A stretch of DNA of 45,588 nt, the filler included, from Candidatus Woesearchaeota archaeon (GTDB lineage: Archaea; Nanobdellota; Nanobdellia; Woesearchaeales; JAAOYA01), in assembly GCA_018221105.1 (NCBI GenBank). It is 6 parts of 5 records of this genome, joined end to end, with 100 filler letters (N's around TTAATTAATTAA, not from the genome) between each part and the next. Parts side by side here need not be neighbours in the genome. Positions count along the whole stretch, not along the records: positions 8,327 to 31,231 come from JAAOYA010000010.1; positions 31,332 to 33,017 come from JAAOYA010000003.1; positions 33,118 to 45,588 come from JAAOYA010000004.1; 3 more parts are not named here. The stretch is one strand, 5' to 3'. Numbering within the stretch: the stretch's first letter is position 1; every line of letters begins with the position of its first letter. The notes under the pieces were generated by a model. That model did no database searches. It saw nothing but the letters and a program-made list of their open reading frames with translations, and was not told the origin of the DNA. The translations under genes and the position numbers were made by a program. Of this stretch, positions 29,697 to 39,374 are shown piece after piece.

Positions 29697-29718
29697 ACAC
29701 GATTAAAAAAAATTTCAG

Positions 29719-31231
29719 ATGACTGATACAATGGGTGGGAAGAAACTAGTAAACAAGACAATAACAGTATTATTAGTTTTAATTCTTTTAGCAGTGCTAG
29801 TTTTTGCTGCCACACCGCTAATAACTCTTAACAATCCGCCAAACGGTTCTTCAACAACTAATAATTACCAATTGTTAAACTTCACACCAACAGACGCTGA
29901 CAATGATAACACAACAGTAAAACTCTTAGGCTACTTTGCTGACGAAATTGATGCTAGTGAAGAAACCGATTTAGTGTTGCTTTTACACTTGAACAATGAT
30001 AGCGATTACAACGAAAATAGTAGTTTTGTTTATGACTTTAGTAGTTATGGTAATAATGGAACGTGTACAACGTGTCCAACATTTAAAGAAAACGTCAAGT
30101 TCAAAGGAGGTTACCAATACGAAACTGACACTTCACAAAGTTTCACAATACCTCACAGTGCCAGCTTACAACTAACAACTCCTTTCACTATATCGGCATG
30201 GATTAATTATAGTCGCTTAGAGTACTGGGATGTAATTGTAGCAAAAGAGAACAGCACTAGCAGTCCTTTCTGGTTTGGCATTGATAACACCGGATCAAAC
30301 AGATTAGCATTTCTTCCAAACGAATATGATGCGGCATTATACAGCACAGGAAGCATTACAGAAAACCAATCTTATCACGTGGCAATGGTCTACAACGGCA
30401 CTCACGCATATTTTTATATTGATGGAGTGCAAGACAACATCGACGGACCATACGCTACTCCACTCGCCGAGACCACTAACTCAGTTTATATTGGTTACAG
30501 TCCATATTATAGTGCGGATAATACTCCTGATGGAACTATTGACGAAGTAGCAATTTGGAATCGTTCGCTTAATGCTCAAGAAATTTTATCATTGTATGAT
30601 AAAGGCCGTTACAAAACATTGTATCAAGAACAAGATGTGGTTAATGGCACAGCAGTGACTTACAGCCTAACAAGCATGCCGCTTTCAGTTGACAAAGACA
30701 TGGTACTCTTGATGCACTTTGACAACGATTCAAGTGTTGGCGAGAACGACACGCACACTTATGATTGGACAAACCTAGGAAATAATGGGACTTGTAGTGG
30801 GTCTGTTTGTCCAACAATGAACGTTAGCGGTGGACAATTCGCAGGCGGCTACAAGTTTGACGGTAGCGATGATTACATAAGAATTGATGATGATCCAATG
30901 TTAGACCTCGGAGGCGATTTCACAATATCAGCATGGATAAACCCAGCGTCTTTTGGTGAAAACGATCAAGGAAGAATTGTTGATAAAAACGGCGGAGTGG
31001 GAGATGGTTGGTCATTTCACGTAGATAATAATACCCCGACAAATGCATTATCATTACAAATTGATGGTGCTGAATTCAACTCAAATAATAATTCTATAGA
31101 GCTTAATAAATGGCAATTAGTTACTGTAATACTTGAAGGGTCAACAGCTTCTTTCTATGTTGATGGAGTTTTCATAAATAGTGTTGATACAGGCGGTAAT
31201 GAACCTGCAAATCCTAACGATTATAATGTAA
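29719..31231 (+). CDS. Secreted multi-LamG surface protein, 3' truncated
   Basis: Signal peptide, two LamG domains (FTISAWIN, YHVAMVYNG, GTIDEVAIWNRSL). Confidence 0.88.
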
Positions 31232-31331
31232 NNNNNNNNNNNNNNNNNNNNNNNNNNNNNNNNNNNNNNNNNNNNTTAATTAATTAANNNNNNNNNNNNN
31301 NNNNNNNNNNNNNNNNNNNNNNNNNNNNNNN

Positions 31332-31395
31332 CGACTTGCATGCCTAATCCACGCCGCCAGCGTTCGTTCTGAGCCAAGATCAAACCCTTCATAAA
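31332..31395 (-). rRNA. rrs: 5' fragment of bacterial 16S rRNA, Planctomycetota-type
   Basis: Reverse complement reads AGGGTTTGATCTTGGCTCAGAACGAACGCTGGCGGCGTGGATTAGGCATGCAAGTCG and contains the Pla46F site GGATTAGGCATGCAAGTC (31333-31350). Exact 5' end approximate. Confidence 0.93.
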
Positions 31396-31510
31396 TTTAA
31401 TAATGTGCTCATTTTACTTCTTTTAACTTCTCGCTACCTTTCTCGCGCCGACCTAACGGCAACGAGCAAAGCAACTTATAAGCTATACACCCAACGCTTT
31501 TATGCTGTCA

Positions 31511-31562
31511 ATTTTCAATGAACAATAAAACACAAGTATAGACTAAAATAGAAAATTGTCAA
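31511..31562 (-). promoter_or_regulatory. Sigma70-type rRNA promoter and boxA-like element
   Basis: TTGACA (31562-31557), 16-bp spacer, TATACT (31540-31535). TGTTCATTGAAAAT boxA-like at 31524-31511. Confidence 0.75.
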
Positions 31563-31851
31563 TAGAAAATAAAAATCCAAAAAAAAAAAATTTATTAATA
31601 CACGTTTATAAGTATAGACCATAAAAGACTATATACCTCCTTTTATCCAATCATATCGTATTTTAATATAATTATTTATCGATCTTAATAACAAAATTCT
31701 CACAAAAAAAAGTTATTAGAGGCGAGATCTTGTATTTTTCTCTAAAAAAACACAAAAAAAATGTTTTAATCCGCATCTTAGTTGAAATTTGACAATTTAC
31801 CACCTAACACCCAACAAAATTGCTACTACTAAAAATTAAAATAAAAAACAC

Positions 31852-31911
31852 TTGACTTTCTCTCTAAATGTTGTATATTGCCAGAAAATCTCTACAACAT
31901 ATAGTAGGAGG
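31852..31911 (+). promoter_or_regulatory. Sigma70 promoter overlapped by two NrdR-box-like sites, plus RBS
   Basis: TTGACT 31852-31857, TATATT 31874-31879. TCTCTAAATGTTGTAT (31861) and CTACAACATATAGTAG (31892) 31 bp apart. AGGAGG 31906-31911. Confidence 0.55.
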
Positions 31912-31917
31912 AACCTT

Positions 31918-32019
31918 ATGCGCTTAGTAATACAGGAATTTAGACATACAGGAATTCAATTCAGTCTGATTGTACTATTAACAATGGTTTATTTTCTACT
32001 GGTAAGGCTAGTTACATAA
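31918..32019 (+). CDS. 33-aa hydrophobic peptide
   Basis: MRLVIQEFRHTGIQFSLIVLLTMVYFLLVRLVT with perfect AGGAGG 6 nt upstream of ATG. Confidence 0.5.
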   Translation: MRLVIQEFRHTGIQFSLIVLLTMVYFLLVRLVT

Positions 32020-32020
32020 A

Positions 32021-32248
32021 GTGGATGACAACTTAAGACGTCTAATGGCACAAATTGAGGCAGAACAAGGCCTGCGACACTTGAACGAGATCCTACCGCA
32101 GTGTGTGGATCTACAAAAGACGCTGGCAATGCTTATGCATAATTTCTATACCTCCCTTTGCAAAGAAGGCTTTACAAAACCACAGGCACTTGAGATAATT
32201 AAAGCACATGGCACCGGCTTGAACAGCAATTTGAACGACGAATTGTAA
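32021..32248 (+). CDS. Small hypothetical helical protein
   Basis: Starts 1 nt after the peptide stop. FYTSLCKEGFTKPQALEII motif. Confidence 0.6.
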   Translation: MDDNLRRLMAQIEAEQGLRHLNEILPQCVDLQKTLAMLMHNFYTSLCKEGFTKPQALEIIKAHGTGLNSNLNDEL

Positions 32249-32551
32249 CTTCCGGTTCTTTGCAACAGCAAAAACACAAGCTATCAATTAATACCGATCC
32301 ATCACCAAACGCTTTTCAGTTTTTCCCACACCCAGAAGCTGACAAGCCGTTTTTTCACCTAAACCTGTTGACGTGGAACAGCAATTTTTTTTGCACAAAA
32401 TTAAGTTACCCAGCAGGGCACGTCGTTTTTTTACTTTCAAAATATGATATCAGCTCTAAAATGCAATTGCAGACTTGCTATTCTTATCACACTTATACTA
32501 CTATCCGCAAATAATGTATTCACAAAAACAAACTACGCTGCAAATATCGAT

Positions 32552-33017
32552 ATGAAGAAAATATTTTGTATAATCCCGATCGGACATATAGACAATAAGA
32601 TCCTACAATACACACAAATGGAACTTGAAAAAAGGTTTAATGTTGCAGTAGATATTGGAAGACAACTAGAAGAGCCTACTTATGCATATCACAAGCATAA
32701 GAAGCAGTATAATTCAACAAAGATACTGAAAAAAATACACAATTTAAAACTAACAGGATATGACAGAATATTGGGACTAGTCGATGTTGATTTGTATGTA
32801 CCTGAACGTACATTTGTTTTCGGAGGAGCAGACGTAAAAAAGAAAGTATCTGTTATCTCTTTAACAAGGCTCACCCAAAAGTTCTACGATCTACCAGAGG
32901 ATACTGCGCTATTTGAATACAGAATAATTATTGAAGCCGTTCACGAACTCGGACACACATATGGACTCTACCACTGTAAAAATAATAAGTGTGTCATGTT
33001 TTTATCAAACACCATAA
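32552..33017 (+). CDS. Archaemetzincin-family (M54) zinc metalloprotease, 3' truncated
   Basis: QYNS, DVDLY...TFVFG.A, EAVHELGHTYGLYHC....CVMFLS. Likely start MKKIF at 32552. Confidence 0.9.
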
Positions 33018-33117
33018 NNNNNNNNNNNNNNNNNNNNNNNNNNNNNNNNNNNNNNNNNNNNTTAATTAATTAANNNNNNNNNNNNNNNNNNNNNNNNNNN
33101 NNNNNNNNNNNNNNNNN

Positions 33118-33170
33118 TATGATCGTGATCGTGGAACATTGGCAATGTCTGATAATTCTCCTGCTGTCGA
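33118..33170 (+). repeat. 53-bp terminal direct repeat, identical to 45536-45588
   Basis: TATGATCGTGATCGTGGAACATTGGCAATGTCTGATAATTCTCCTGCTGTCGA at both ends of the contig. Confidence 0.95.
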
Positions 33171-33269
33171 AACACCACGCGATAATAAAGCAGTCCAAAT
33201 TTTTACTTCGTAAAGATTGAGTGAGAAATAACGTCGTAGCTTGTTTAAAAACTCATCTTTAACAATCAT
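33118..33269 (-). CDS. TrmB-family regulator, N-terminal part (continues at 45535-44869)
   Basis: LNLYEVKIWTALLSRGVSTAGELSDIANVPRSRS. AAGGAGG RBS upstream of ATG 33269. Confidence 0.88.
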
Positions 33270-33439
33270 TTTAGTTTGAACCCTCCTTGATTTGTTACTT
33301 ATTGAAAATAACAAACTACTTATTAAAGTTTTTGTTTTTAAAGTTTTCGTTTGTTACTTAATTTGCAATAATCATTGCTTATATTTAAAGCTTACTTCGT
33401 CGAGAAGAGTGACGAAAAAAGTTGTTTTTAAATCTCTTT

Positions 33440-34495
33440 TTAAAGCATTTCAAATCGTAGTAGTGCTCCAAGACCGCCAAGACCGTCAAGTTTTGCCCCG
33501 CCTTCATGCTCTGAGCTTATAATATGTATTTCTGCATTGTTTTGGTCAACTTCAAAGAGTAATTTGTCTACTTTTTCGTATTGTGTTGACTCTCTTGCAC
33601 GTTGTATGAATTTATCAGTGATTAATAATTTTTTTATTGCGCTTGCGTTGGCAGCTTGTATTGTTGACTCTATGCCGTAACTTGCAAGTTTTTCATTTTT
33701 TGATATTGTTGTTAACAGTTCTTCTACAAGTGTTAATTCTTGCGAGGCTTTTTCTTTTTGCAGTACTGTTTTTAGCTCGTTGCGCTTTAATAGTTCTTTT
33801 AATCCGTCCTCGCCACTACCATTTAACACACAATATATCATGTTTTTGTTGTTTGCTGAGCGTTTTTTTATTTCGCCAAGCCAAAAGTTCGGACCTCCGA
33901 CTATAATGTTTTTTATTTTATAGCGTTCAACATACTCTGTTAATTGTTTTAGTGCGATATTAAAAAAGTCTGTGCTTTGAGTTTCTTGTAATTGTTTTTT
34001 TTGCACTTGACCTTTTAATGTGGTTATTTTTTGATAACCATATTTTTTTAGTATTGCAAATAATGCTTGGTCACGATCAATTATTAGTATCAGGTTTTGT
34101 GTTGTCTCGTTTTGTGTTGCTTGTTCTAATTTGTCTTTTTGATAACTTAACAGTTTATTTTTGTTGATTGTTAACTCTGTGTTTGTGTCAACCTCTATAG
34201 TATGGTGCTCTCCAAGGCTTACGTCTGGTGGCCCGTCAGTTATTGTTCCTAATAGTCGTAGATTGTTTGTTGATTTTGAAAAACTTACTTTTGTTACTTT
34301 AATAGTTAGCATTACTGGTTTTCTTTCAACTCTAGCTTTTGACTCGTTTTTAGTCTCAATTTTTATTTTTCTAAACGTTTTGGCCGTTATTGTATCCTCG
34401 AGGTCTATTATATGGCTTAAATACCATAAGTCGTCATTGTTTTGTGTTAAGATTTTAAAATTATTTTTTGCAAAGTTTTTAGCGAGAATAATCAT
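33440..34495 (-). CDS. pelA: mRNA surveillance/ribosome rescue protein pelota
   Basis: DDLWYLSHII, LRLLGTI, GEHHTIEV, SSEHEGGAKLDGLGGLGALLRF. Confidence 0.93.
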   Translation of the reverse strand: MIILAKNFAKNNFKILTQNNDDLWYLSHIIDLEDTITAKTFRKIKIETKNESKARVERKPVMLTIKVTKVSFSKSTNNLRLLGTITDGPPDVSLGEHHTIEVDTNTELTINKNKLLSYQKDKLEQATQNETTQNLILIIDRDQALFAILKKYGYQKITTLKGQVQKKQLQETQSTDFFNIALKQLTEYVERYKIKNIIVGGPNFWLGEIKKRSANNKNMIYCVLNGSGEDGLKELLKRNELKTVLQKEKASQELTLVEELLTTISKNEKLASYGIESTIQAANASAIKKLLITDKFIQRARESTQYEKVDKLLFEVDQNNAEIHIISSEHEGGAKLDGLGGLGALLRFEML

Positions 34496-34543
34496 CTAAA
34501 AAAAACAAAAGACTTTTATATATAATCCTTCCTATTTTTATTT

Positions 34544-36256
34544 ATGTTTAGCGCGCGAAAGGCTCAAAAGTCTCCGACAGGTGGCGGAGCTTCAACACTG
34601 CTTATAATCATTGGTTTGATGATTGTACTATACATTATTTTCTTGCCGCCGAGTGTTCGCGAAGAAGTTTTAAGTGATGCACCAATCGATGGCAGTGGTG
34701 GCTCGTCAGGCACTGGAAGCGGTAGCGGTTCATCGAGTGGTTCTGGCACGACCAATACTGTTAGTGAAGAAGTGGTTCTTCGTGAAGGTCCTGTTGTTTT
34801 GCAATACTTGCCAGACGATAGTATAGAGCATGAATTGCAATCAGTGCGTGTTGTGAAAACTCCTCAAGCTGAGATTATAGCGCAAAAAACTTCTTTAATT
34901 TCTACTAAAAGCTGGTTTGCAGATAATTCACAAAACTTGAATTTTAAAATTGGTGATTTGTCAAATACTGACAGTGTACAATTATCTTTTTTGACAACTA
35001 CTAGTAAGGGACCTTTAGTGATTGTGTTAAACGGTCAAGAAATCTATAATGGAATTGTTAGTGGTCCATCACTGACTCTTGACTTATCAAAAGAATATTT
35101 AACAGATGATAACAATTTAATCTTTATCGCTGCCAGCACAGGTTATAAGTTTTGGGGTGTTAACAAACAAGCATTAAATAATCTAAGAATTACTGCTAGT
35201 GTTGCTGATGCTAGTACATCAATCGCAGTGCAATATTTTGATTTTGACAGTGAAGAGCACGCTAATCTAGAAAGTGCTAAACTATCATTTTTTGTTGATT
35301 GTGTCTCAACAGAGCGCGGCGTATACACTGTGTGGCTTAATAATATTGAGTTAGTAAGCGCTGTTCCGGACTGTGGCAGTTTTCAACGACCAATCGATGT
35401 TACAAATTTAATACTTAAAGGGCAGAACAAATTAGTCTTTGAAATAGAGCAAGGGGATTACTTAATTGATAACTTGCGAGTCAACTCTAAAGTTACACAA
35501 TCACACTCTCCAGTGTACTTTTTTGAGCTTGACCAAGATTTATTTACAGAGCTTGATGCTGACGATAAAGAATGTGGTGAAATTGATGGTTTTTGCCCTC
35601 AAGGCTGTGATGCTGATGAAGATAAAGACTGTTGCTTTGATGAAGAACCAGGAGCTTTCTGGTGTGATGTTGAAACTGATGAGTTAGATGACCGTTGTGT
35701 ATCAAGCGTTAGCTCAAGCACTTGTGATAGGTGTCCTGCAGGCTATGAAGATGATGATGGTGACCCGCCAGAAGATTGTGAAGGATTGTGCGGTGATGAT
35801 GACGATAACTCTTGTCCAACTGGTTGCAGCATTTTTTATGATGAGGACTGTTGCTTTGATGCTGATCGATTCTGGTGTAATGACGTTCCAATAACAGGTC
35901 TTGAAAGTGTTTGCGAAGTTAGTGTCAGCACAGCAGAATGTGATGATTGTATTAGCGGCTATAAAGGTGACGGTGAAAAACCAAACTGTGATGCTAGCAC
36001 AACTAGCAGCGATGATACTGAAGAAGAATTACTTGATGATTACAATGTTGTACTAAAAATATTTTTTGCTGATGACTTCGAATTTAAAGAAGCAGAAATT
36101 AACATTAACGGTGACGCGTTACGCATTGACACGAGAAGTGCGGAATTTGAGCGCAACATTGACCGATTCGTAAGACCTGATTATAATAGTATTAAAATCA
36201 TTCCTGAGAGCACTTTAGAGATTACAAGCTTAGAAATTAGTCTCGAAAACAGTTAA
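34544..36256 (+). CDS. Secreted protein with prepilin-like N-terminus and Cys/Asp-rich repeats
   Basis: RKAQ plus hydrophobic helix, Gly/Ser linker, duplicated CG..D..CP.GC....D.DCCFD....FWC units. Confidence 0.8.
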   Translation: MFSARKAQKSPTGGGASTLLIIIGLMIVLYIIFLPPSVREEVLSDAPIDGSGGSSGTGSGSGSSSGSGTTNTVSEEVVLREGPVVLQYLPDDSIEHELQSVRVVKTPQAEIIAQKTSLISTKSWFADNSQNLNFKIGDLSNTDSVQLSFLTTTSKGPLVIVLNGQEIYNGIVSGPSLTLDLSKEYLTDDNNLIFIAASTGYKFWGVNKQALNNLRITASVADASTSIAVQYFDFDSEEHANLESAKLSFFVDCVSTERGVYTVWLNNIELVSAVPDCGSFQRPIDVTNLILKGQNKLVFEIEQGDYLIDNLRVNSKVTQSHSPVYFFELDQDLFTELDADDKECGEIDGFCPQGCDADEDKDCCFDEEPGAFWCDVETDELDDRCVSSVSSSTCDRCPAGYEDDDGDPPEDCEGLCGDDDDNSCPTGCSIFYDEDCCFDADRFWCNDVPITGLESVCEVSVSTAECDDCISGYKGDGEKPNCDASTTSSDDTEEELLDDYNVVLKIFFADDFEFKEAEININGDALRIDTRSAEFERNIDRFVRPDYNSIKIIPESTLEITSLEISLENS

Positions 36257-36283
36257 AGTTTATTAAGGATAACTTTCTTTGTA

Positions 36284-37603
36284 ATGTTTATGGATATTGA
36301 AGCGCAAAAAGCGAAGTTACTTGATGAAGAAATCAAAGATCGTAAGGAAAGCGTTTTAGAGCGAAAAGCATTAGCGCGCCAGAAGATGTGGGGCGGCATA
36401 AAAGTTTTCACTAATCAAAACAAACACCATTTCATTCCAGTTCTTATATTGTTGGCACTTATTATTGTGTTGTTTTATGTTTTTCCAATAGCTCCTTTTG
36501 CACTGCAATATTTTGAAGCAGAAACAATCAGTGATATTCCACGGGCAGGTGTTGCAAAAATAATTCAGTCTATAGAACAAGTAACTCAGACAACACAGTC
36601 AATCTATGATGAACAATTAGCTCGCGCTACTGGAGCATATTATGCTGGAGAAGTTGAAAAAAACCAGCAAGAACCATTAGGAGTGTATATTGAAAACCTA
36701 CAAGCCGCTGACCCTAAAGTTACTGAAGATGAAGATATTTACGTTTGGGGAACTCTTCGCGCTAAAACATTAAATAATGAAAAACCGATAGAGATTAGTC
36801 TAACTTGTTACGGCAAAGATTCAACAGGGGCAAATAAAGTGGAAGGAACTGCACAGCCTTCAGAGTTTGAAGTTTATAGTTATGAAGAAGCAGATATCCA
36901 ATGTCATTTCGGTCCTAACGCATTAAAGTTTGGAAGTAAAACTATTAGTTTTGAAGCGAGTTTTAATTTTGAAACTGACGCTTATCTTAAAACTTATTTT
37001 ATGAGTTTAGAGCGTCAACGTTCAATGCAACGTGACCGTATTGACCCGTTTGAAGAGTACGGTATTAGTGATCGTGACCCTAAAGCTATTTTTACTAATG
37101 GTCCTATAATGCTTGCCATGGACACTGCCAATCCTTTAATTGGTGTTGGCGAGGGCACTGTCAGCCCGCTTTTGGGAGTTACTGTTGAGAAGCGTTGGGA
37201 TGGAATGGTAAAAAATCTTAATGAGTTGACTGTTTCACTGCCAAAACCTTTAAGTTTTACAGCTCAGTGCAGGTTATTTGATGCTGGAAGCAATGAAGAA
37301 GAATATAACACTTATCCTTTAAGTGCTGATTCACTAAATGGTGCTAAAGATATTGTAAGTTTTAAAACTTACAAGTGTCCGTTTAATATTCCTTCAGAAA
37401 TTCTTGGTGAGTCACCACTTACTATTAAATATTTTAAGGCTCACGCAGAATACGATTATTTATTAAAAAAAACCACTATATTAGACATTAGTAGGGGTCT
37501 TTGCAATAGTATTTGTGCAACTGACAGTTGTGATGTGTGCCCGAATTATTGTGCGAGAAGTGGGGCTCCCCAAAAAGGTTATAGTTGTGGAGGTTACCCA
37601 TGA
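36284..37603 (+). CDS. Membrane-anchored secreted protein, uncharacterised
   Basis: TM near N-terminus, beta-rich ectodomain, YDY motif, Cys-rich tail. Confidence 0.8.
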   Translation: MFMDIEAQKAKLLDEEIKDRKESVLERKALARQKMWGGIKVFTNQNKHHFIPVLILLALIIVLFYVFPIAPFALQYFEAETISDIPRAGVAKIIQSIEQVTQTTQSIYDEQLARATGAYYAGEVEKNQQEPLGVYIENLQAADPKVTEDEDIYVWGTLRAKTLNNEKPIEISLTCYGKDSTGANKVEGTAQPSEFEVYSYEEADIQCHFGPNALKFGSKTISFEASFNFETDAYLKTYFMSLERQRSMQRDRIDPFEEYGISDRDPKAIFTNGPIMLAMDTANPLIGVGEGTVSPLLGVTVEKRWDGMVKNLNELTVSLPKPLSFTAQCRLFDAGSNEEEYNTYPLSADSLNGAKDIVSFKTYKCPFNIPSEILGESPLTIKYFKAHAEYDYLLKKTTILDISRGLCNSICATDSCDVCPNYCARSGAPQKGYSCGGYP

Positions 37604-38541
37604 AATTAAAAAACTTGTTAATCATTACATTTTTGGTATTGTTTGCTGGTTGTAATGGTGGTGACGATAATCAAATAACAACTTATGATGTTTATGTTGG
37701 AAGCGACGGTCTTATTTTAGAAATGGTTGATGGTGCCCCGCCGACAGAGATTTTTACTGATTCGCTAATTGAAGTTGTTGCACGTTTAGAAAATGGCGGC
37801 GCTTACAATATTGTTAATGGTTATTTAGTTTTAGGTTTGGAAACTGATTATTTTAGTTTTGATAATTGGCAAGAGGGACAATCAACAGGTCAAACAGTTC
37901 GCTTTGCGCTTAATGGTAAAACAATTAATAACCCTCAAGGCGATATTGAAATTTTTAATGCTAGAGTACAAACTAGAGCTTTGGATTCTCAAAGCGAGCA
38001 GCATCAAAGTATAATGTTATTGACTGCTTGTTATGATTATAAGACCATTGCAACACCTAACGTTTGTATTGACACAGATCCTTACGATATAACAGAGTCA
38101 AAAAAGGTTTGTCAAGCGCAAGATATTAGCCTGTCAAGTCAGGGAGCGCCAGTAGCAGTGACAAACATCGAGGTTAGTATGATGCCATCAGACGATGAAG
38201 GCCTTTTAAAACCACATTTTATTATTGAAATATCAAACGTTGGCGGGGGAACAGTCATTGACCGCTTACAAATTGATTCTTTATGCTCTGCATCAAGCAA
38301 CACTAACAGTGATGCTAAAGAGTTCAATGTTATAAACTTGCAAGCTTCTATGAGCGGCAGGCCTTTGAGTTGTTCTCCAAACAATCCTATAAGATTAAAA
38401 GATGGCAGTGCGAGAGTTAGTTGTTCTTTTGATTACGGTATTGACAGTGATCAAGAAAGTTTTAGCACTCCGCTAACTGTAGAGTTAGACTATGGTTATA
38501 CAACCACTAAAACACGCACTGTAACACTATTAAAAGGATAA
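37600..38541 (+). CDS. Lipoprotein-like secreted protein (start reassigned to 37600)
   Basis: LFAGC lipobox, ACYDYKT, GAPVAV, LDYGY. GGAGGT RBS and ATGA overlap. Confidence 0.82.
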   Translation: MKLKNLLIITFLVLFAGCNGGDDNQITTYDVYVGSDGLILEMVDGAPPTEIFTDSLIEVVARLENGGAYNIVNGYLVLGLETDYFSFDNWQEGQSTGQTVRFALNGKTINNPQGDIEIFNARVQTRALDSQSEQHQSIMLLTACYDYKTIATPNVCIDTDPYDITESKKVCQAQDISLSSQGAPVAVTNIEVSMMPSDDEGLLKPHFIIEISNVGGGTVIDRLQIDSLCSASSNTNSDAKEFNVINLQASMSGRPLSCSPNNPIRLKDGSARVSCSFDYGIDSDQESFSTPLTVELDYGYTTTKTRTVTLLKG

Positions 38542-38572
38542 GAATTTATATTAGTAATCACAAAAATGTATT

Positions 38573-38962
38573 ATGGGGCTATTTAGAAATGCTGCTTATA
38601 CTATTACACTATTAAGTTCTATTACTGTTGTTGCTGGTTGTTGTGCAGGTTATAATCCTGGAACAATTCATGTTCTAAAACAGTTGCCAATACTGCCTGG
38701 CCAACAAGAACAAGCTTCAGCAAAACCAGAAGAACAACCTTTAATGCTTGCACAAAACACTGTTGATGAAGACTTAGAAGAAAAAGTTGAAGAATCGGAT
38801 TACGATTGTTGGTTATGTGATGTGACGGGAGGACCGCACACTGTTGTTCATAAAACAGTTAAGGATGGTTATCTTACACTAAGAGAAACTGAGGATGGAA
38901 GATTAATCATTGTGCCAGTACAAAATGGCGTGGATGTAAAATATAAATTAAAATTTAAATAA
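38573..38962 (+). CDS. Hypothetical lipoprotein-like protein
   Basis: Signal peptide ending VAGC, internal CWLC. Confidence 0.6.
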   Translation: MGLFRNAAYTITLLSSITVVAGCCAGYNPGTIHVLKQLPILPGQQEQASAKPEEQPLMLAQNTVDEDLEEKVEESDYDCWLCDVTGGPHTVVHKTVKDGYLTLRETEDGRLIIVPVQNGVDVKYKLKFK

Positions 38963-38966
38963 ATAT

Positions 38967-39353
38967 TTATTTTTTCTTAACAGTTTTTTTAGTGGCTTTT
39001 TTTATTGTTTTCTTGACAGCTTTCTTAGAGGTCTTTTTCTCTGTTGTTTCTGTTTTTATTATTTTTTTGTGTTTTGTTGGTTTGTCACTTTTTTGTTTTG
39101 TTTTTGTTCTTTTCTTTTTTTCAACAACTTTTAGCCCTGCGCTTTTCATAGCTTTATGTACTTCTTCTGTTTTTGCACCTTTTTTTATTTTGAGTGTTTT
39201 TTCACTAAAGTGTAAGTGTTTAACATTGACTTTTTTGCGCCTGACATTACCATCTATTAAAACGTACGTGTCATCAATGACTTCTACAATACAGCCTGAT
39301 TGACGTGCATCACGCCCTGCGATTTTTACTATGATTCTTCCTATATCTATCAA
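38967..39353 (-). CDS. rpl14e: 50S ribosomal protein L14e with Lys-rich tail (TTG start)
   Basis: IGRIIVKIAGRDA...CIVEVIDDTYVLIDG.VRRKKVNVKHL. GGAGGTG RBS upstream of TTG. Confidence 0.92.
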   Translation of the reverse strand: MIDIGRIIVKIAGRDARQSGCIVEVIDDTYVLIDGNVRRKKVNVKHLHFSEKTLKIKKGAKTEEVHKAMKSAGLKVVEKKKRTKTKQKSDKPTKHKKIIKTETTEKKTSKKAVKKTIKKATKKTVKKK

Positions 39354-39374
39354 AAAAAACACCTCCTATGATTT

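Noticed and set aside
32260..32551. ORF 32260-32514 and N-terminal extension of the protease
   Set aside because: No recognisable features. The protease family alignment starts near MKKIF (32552).
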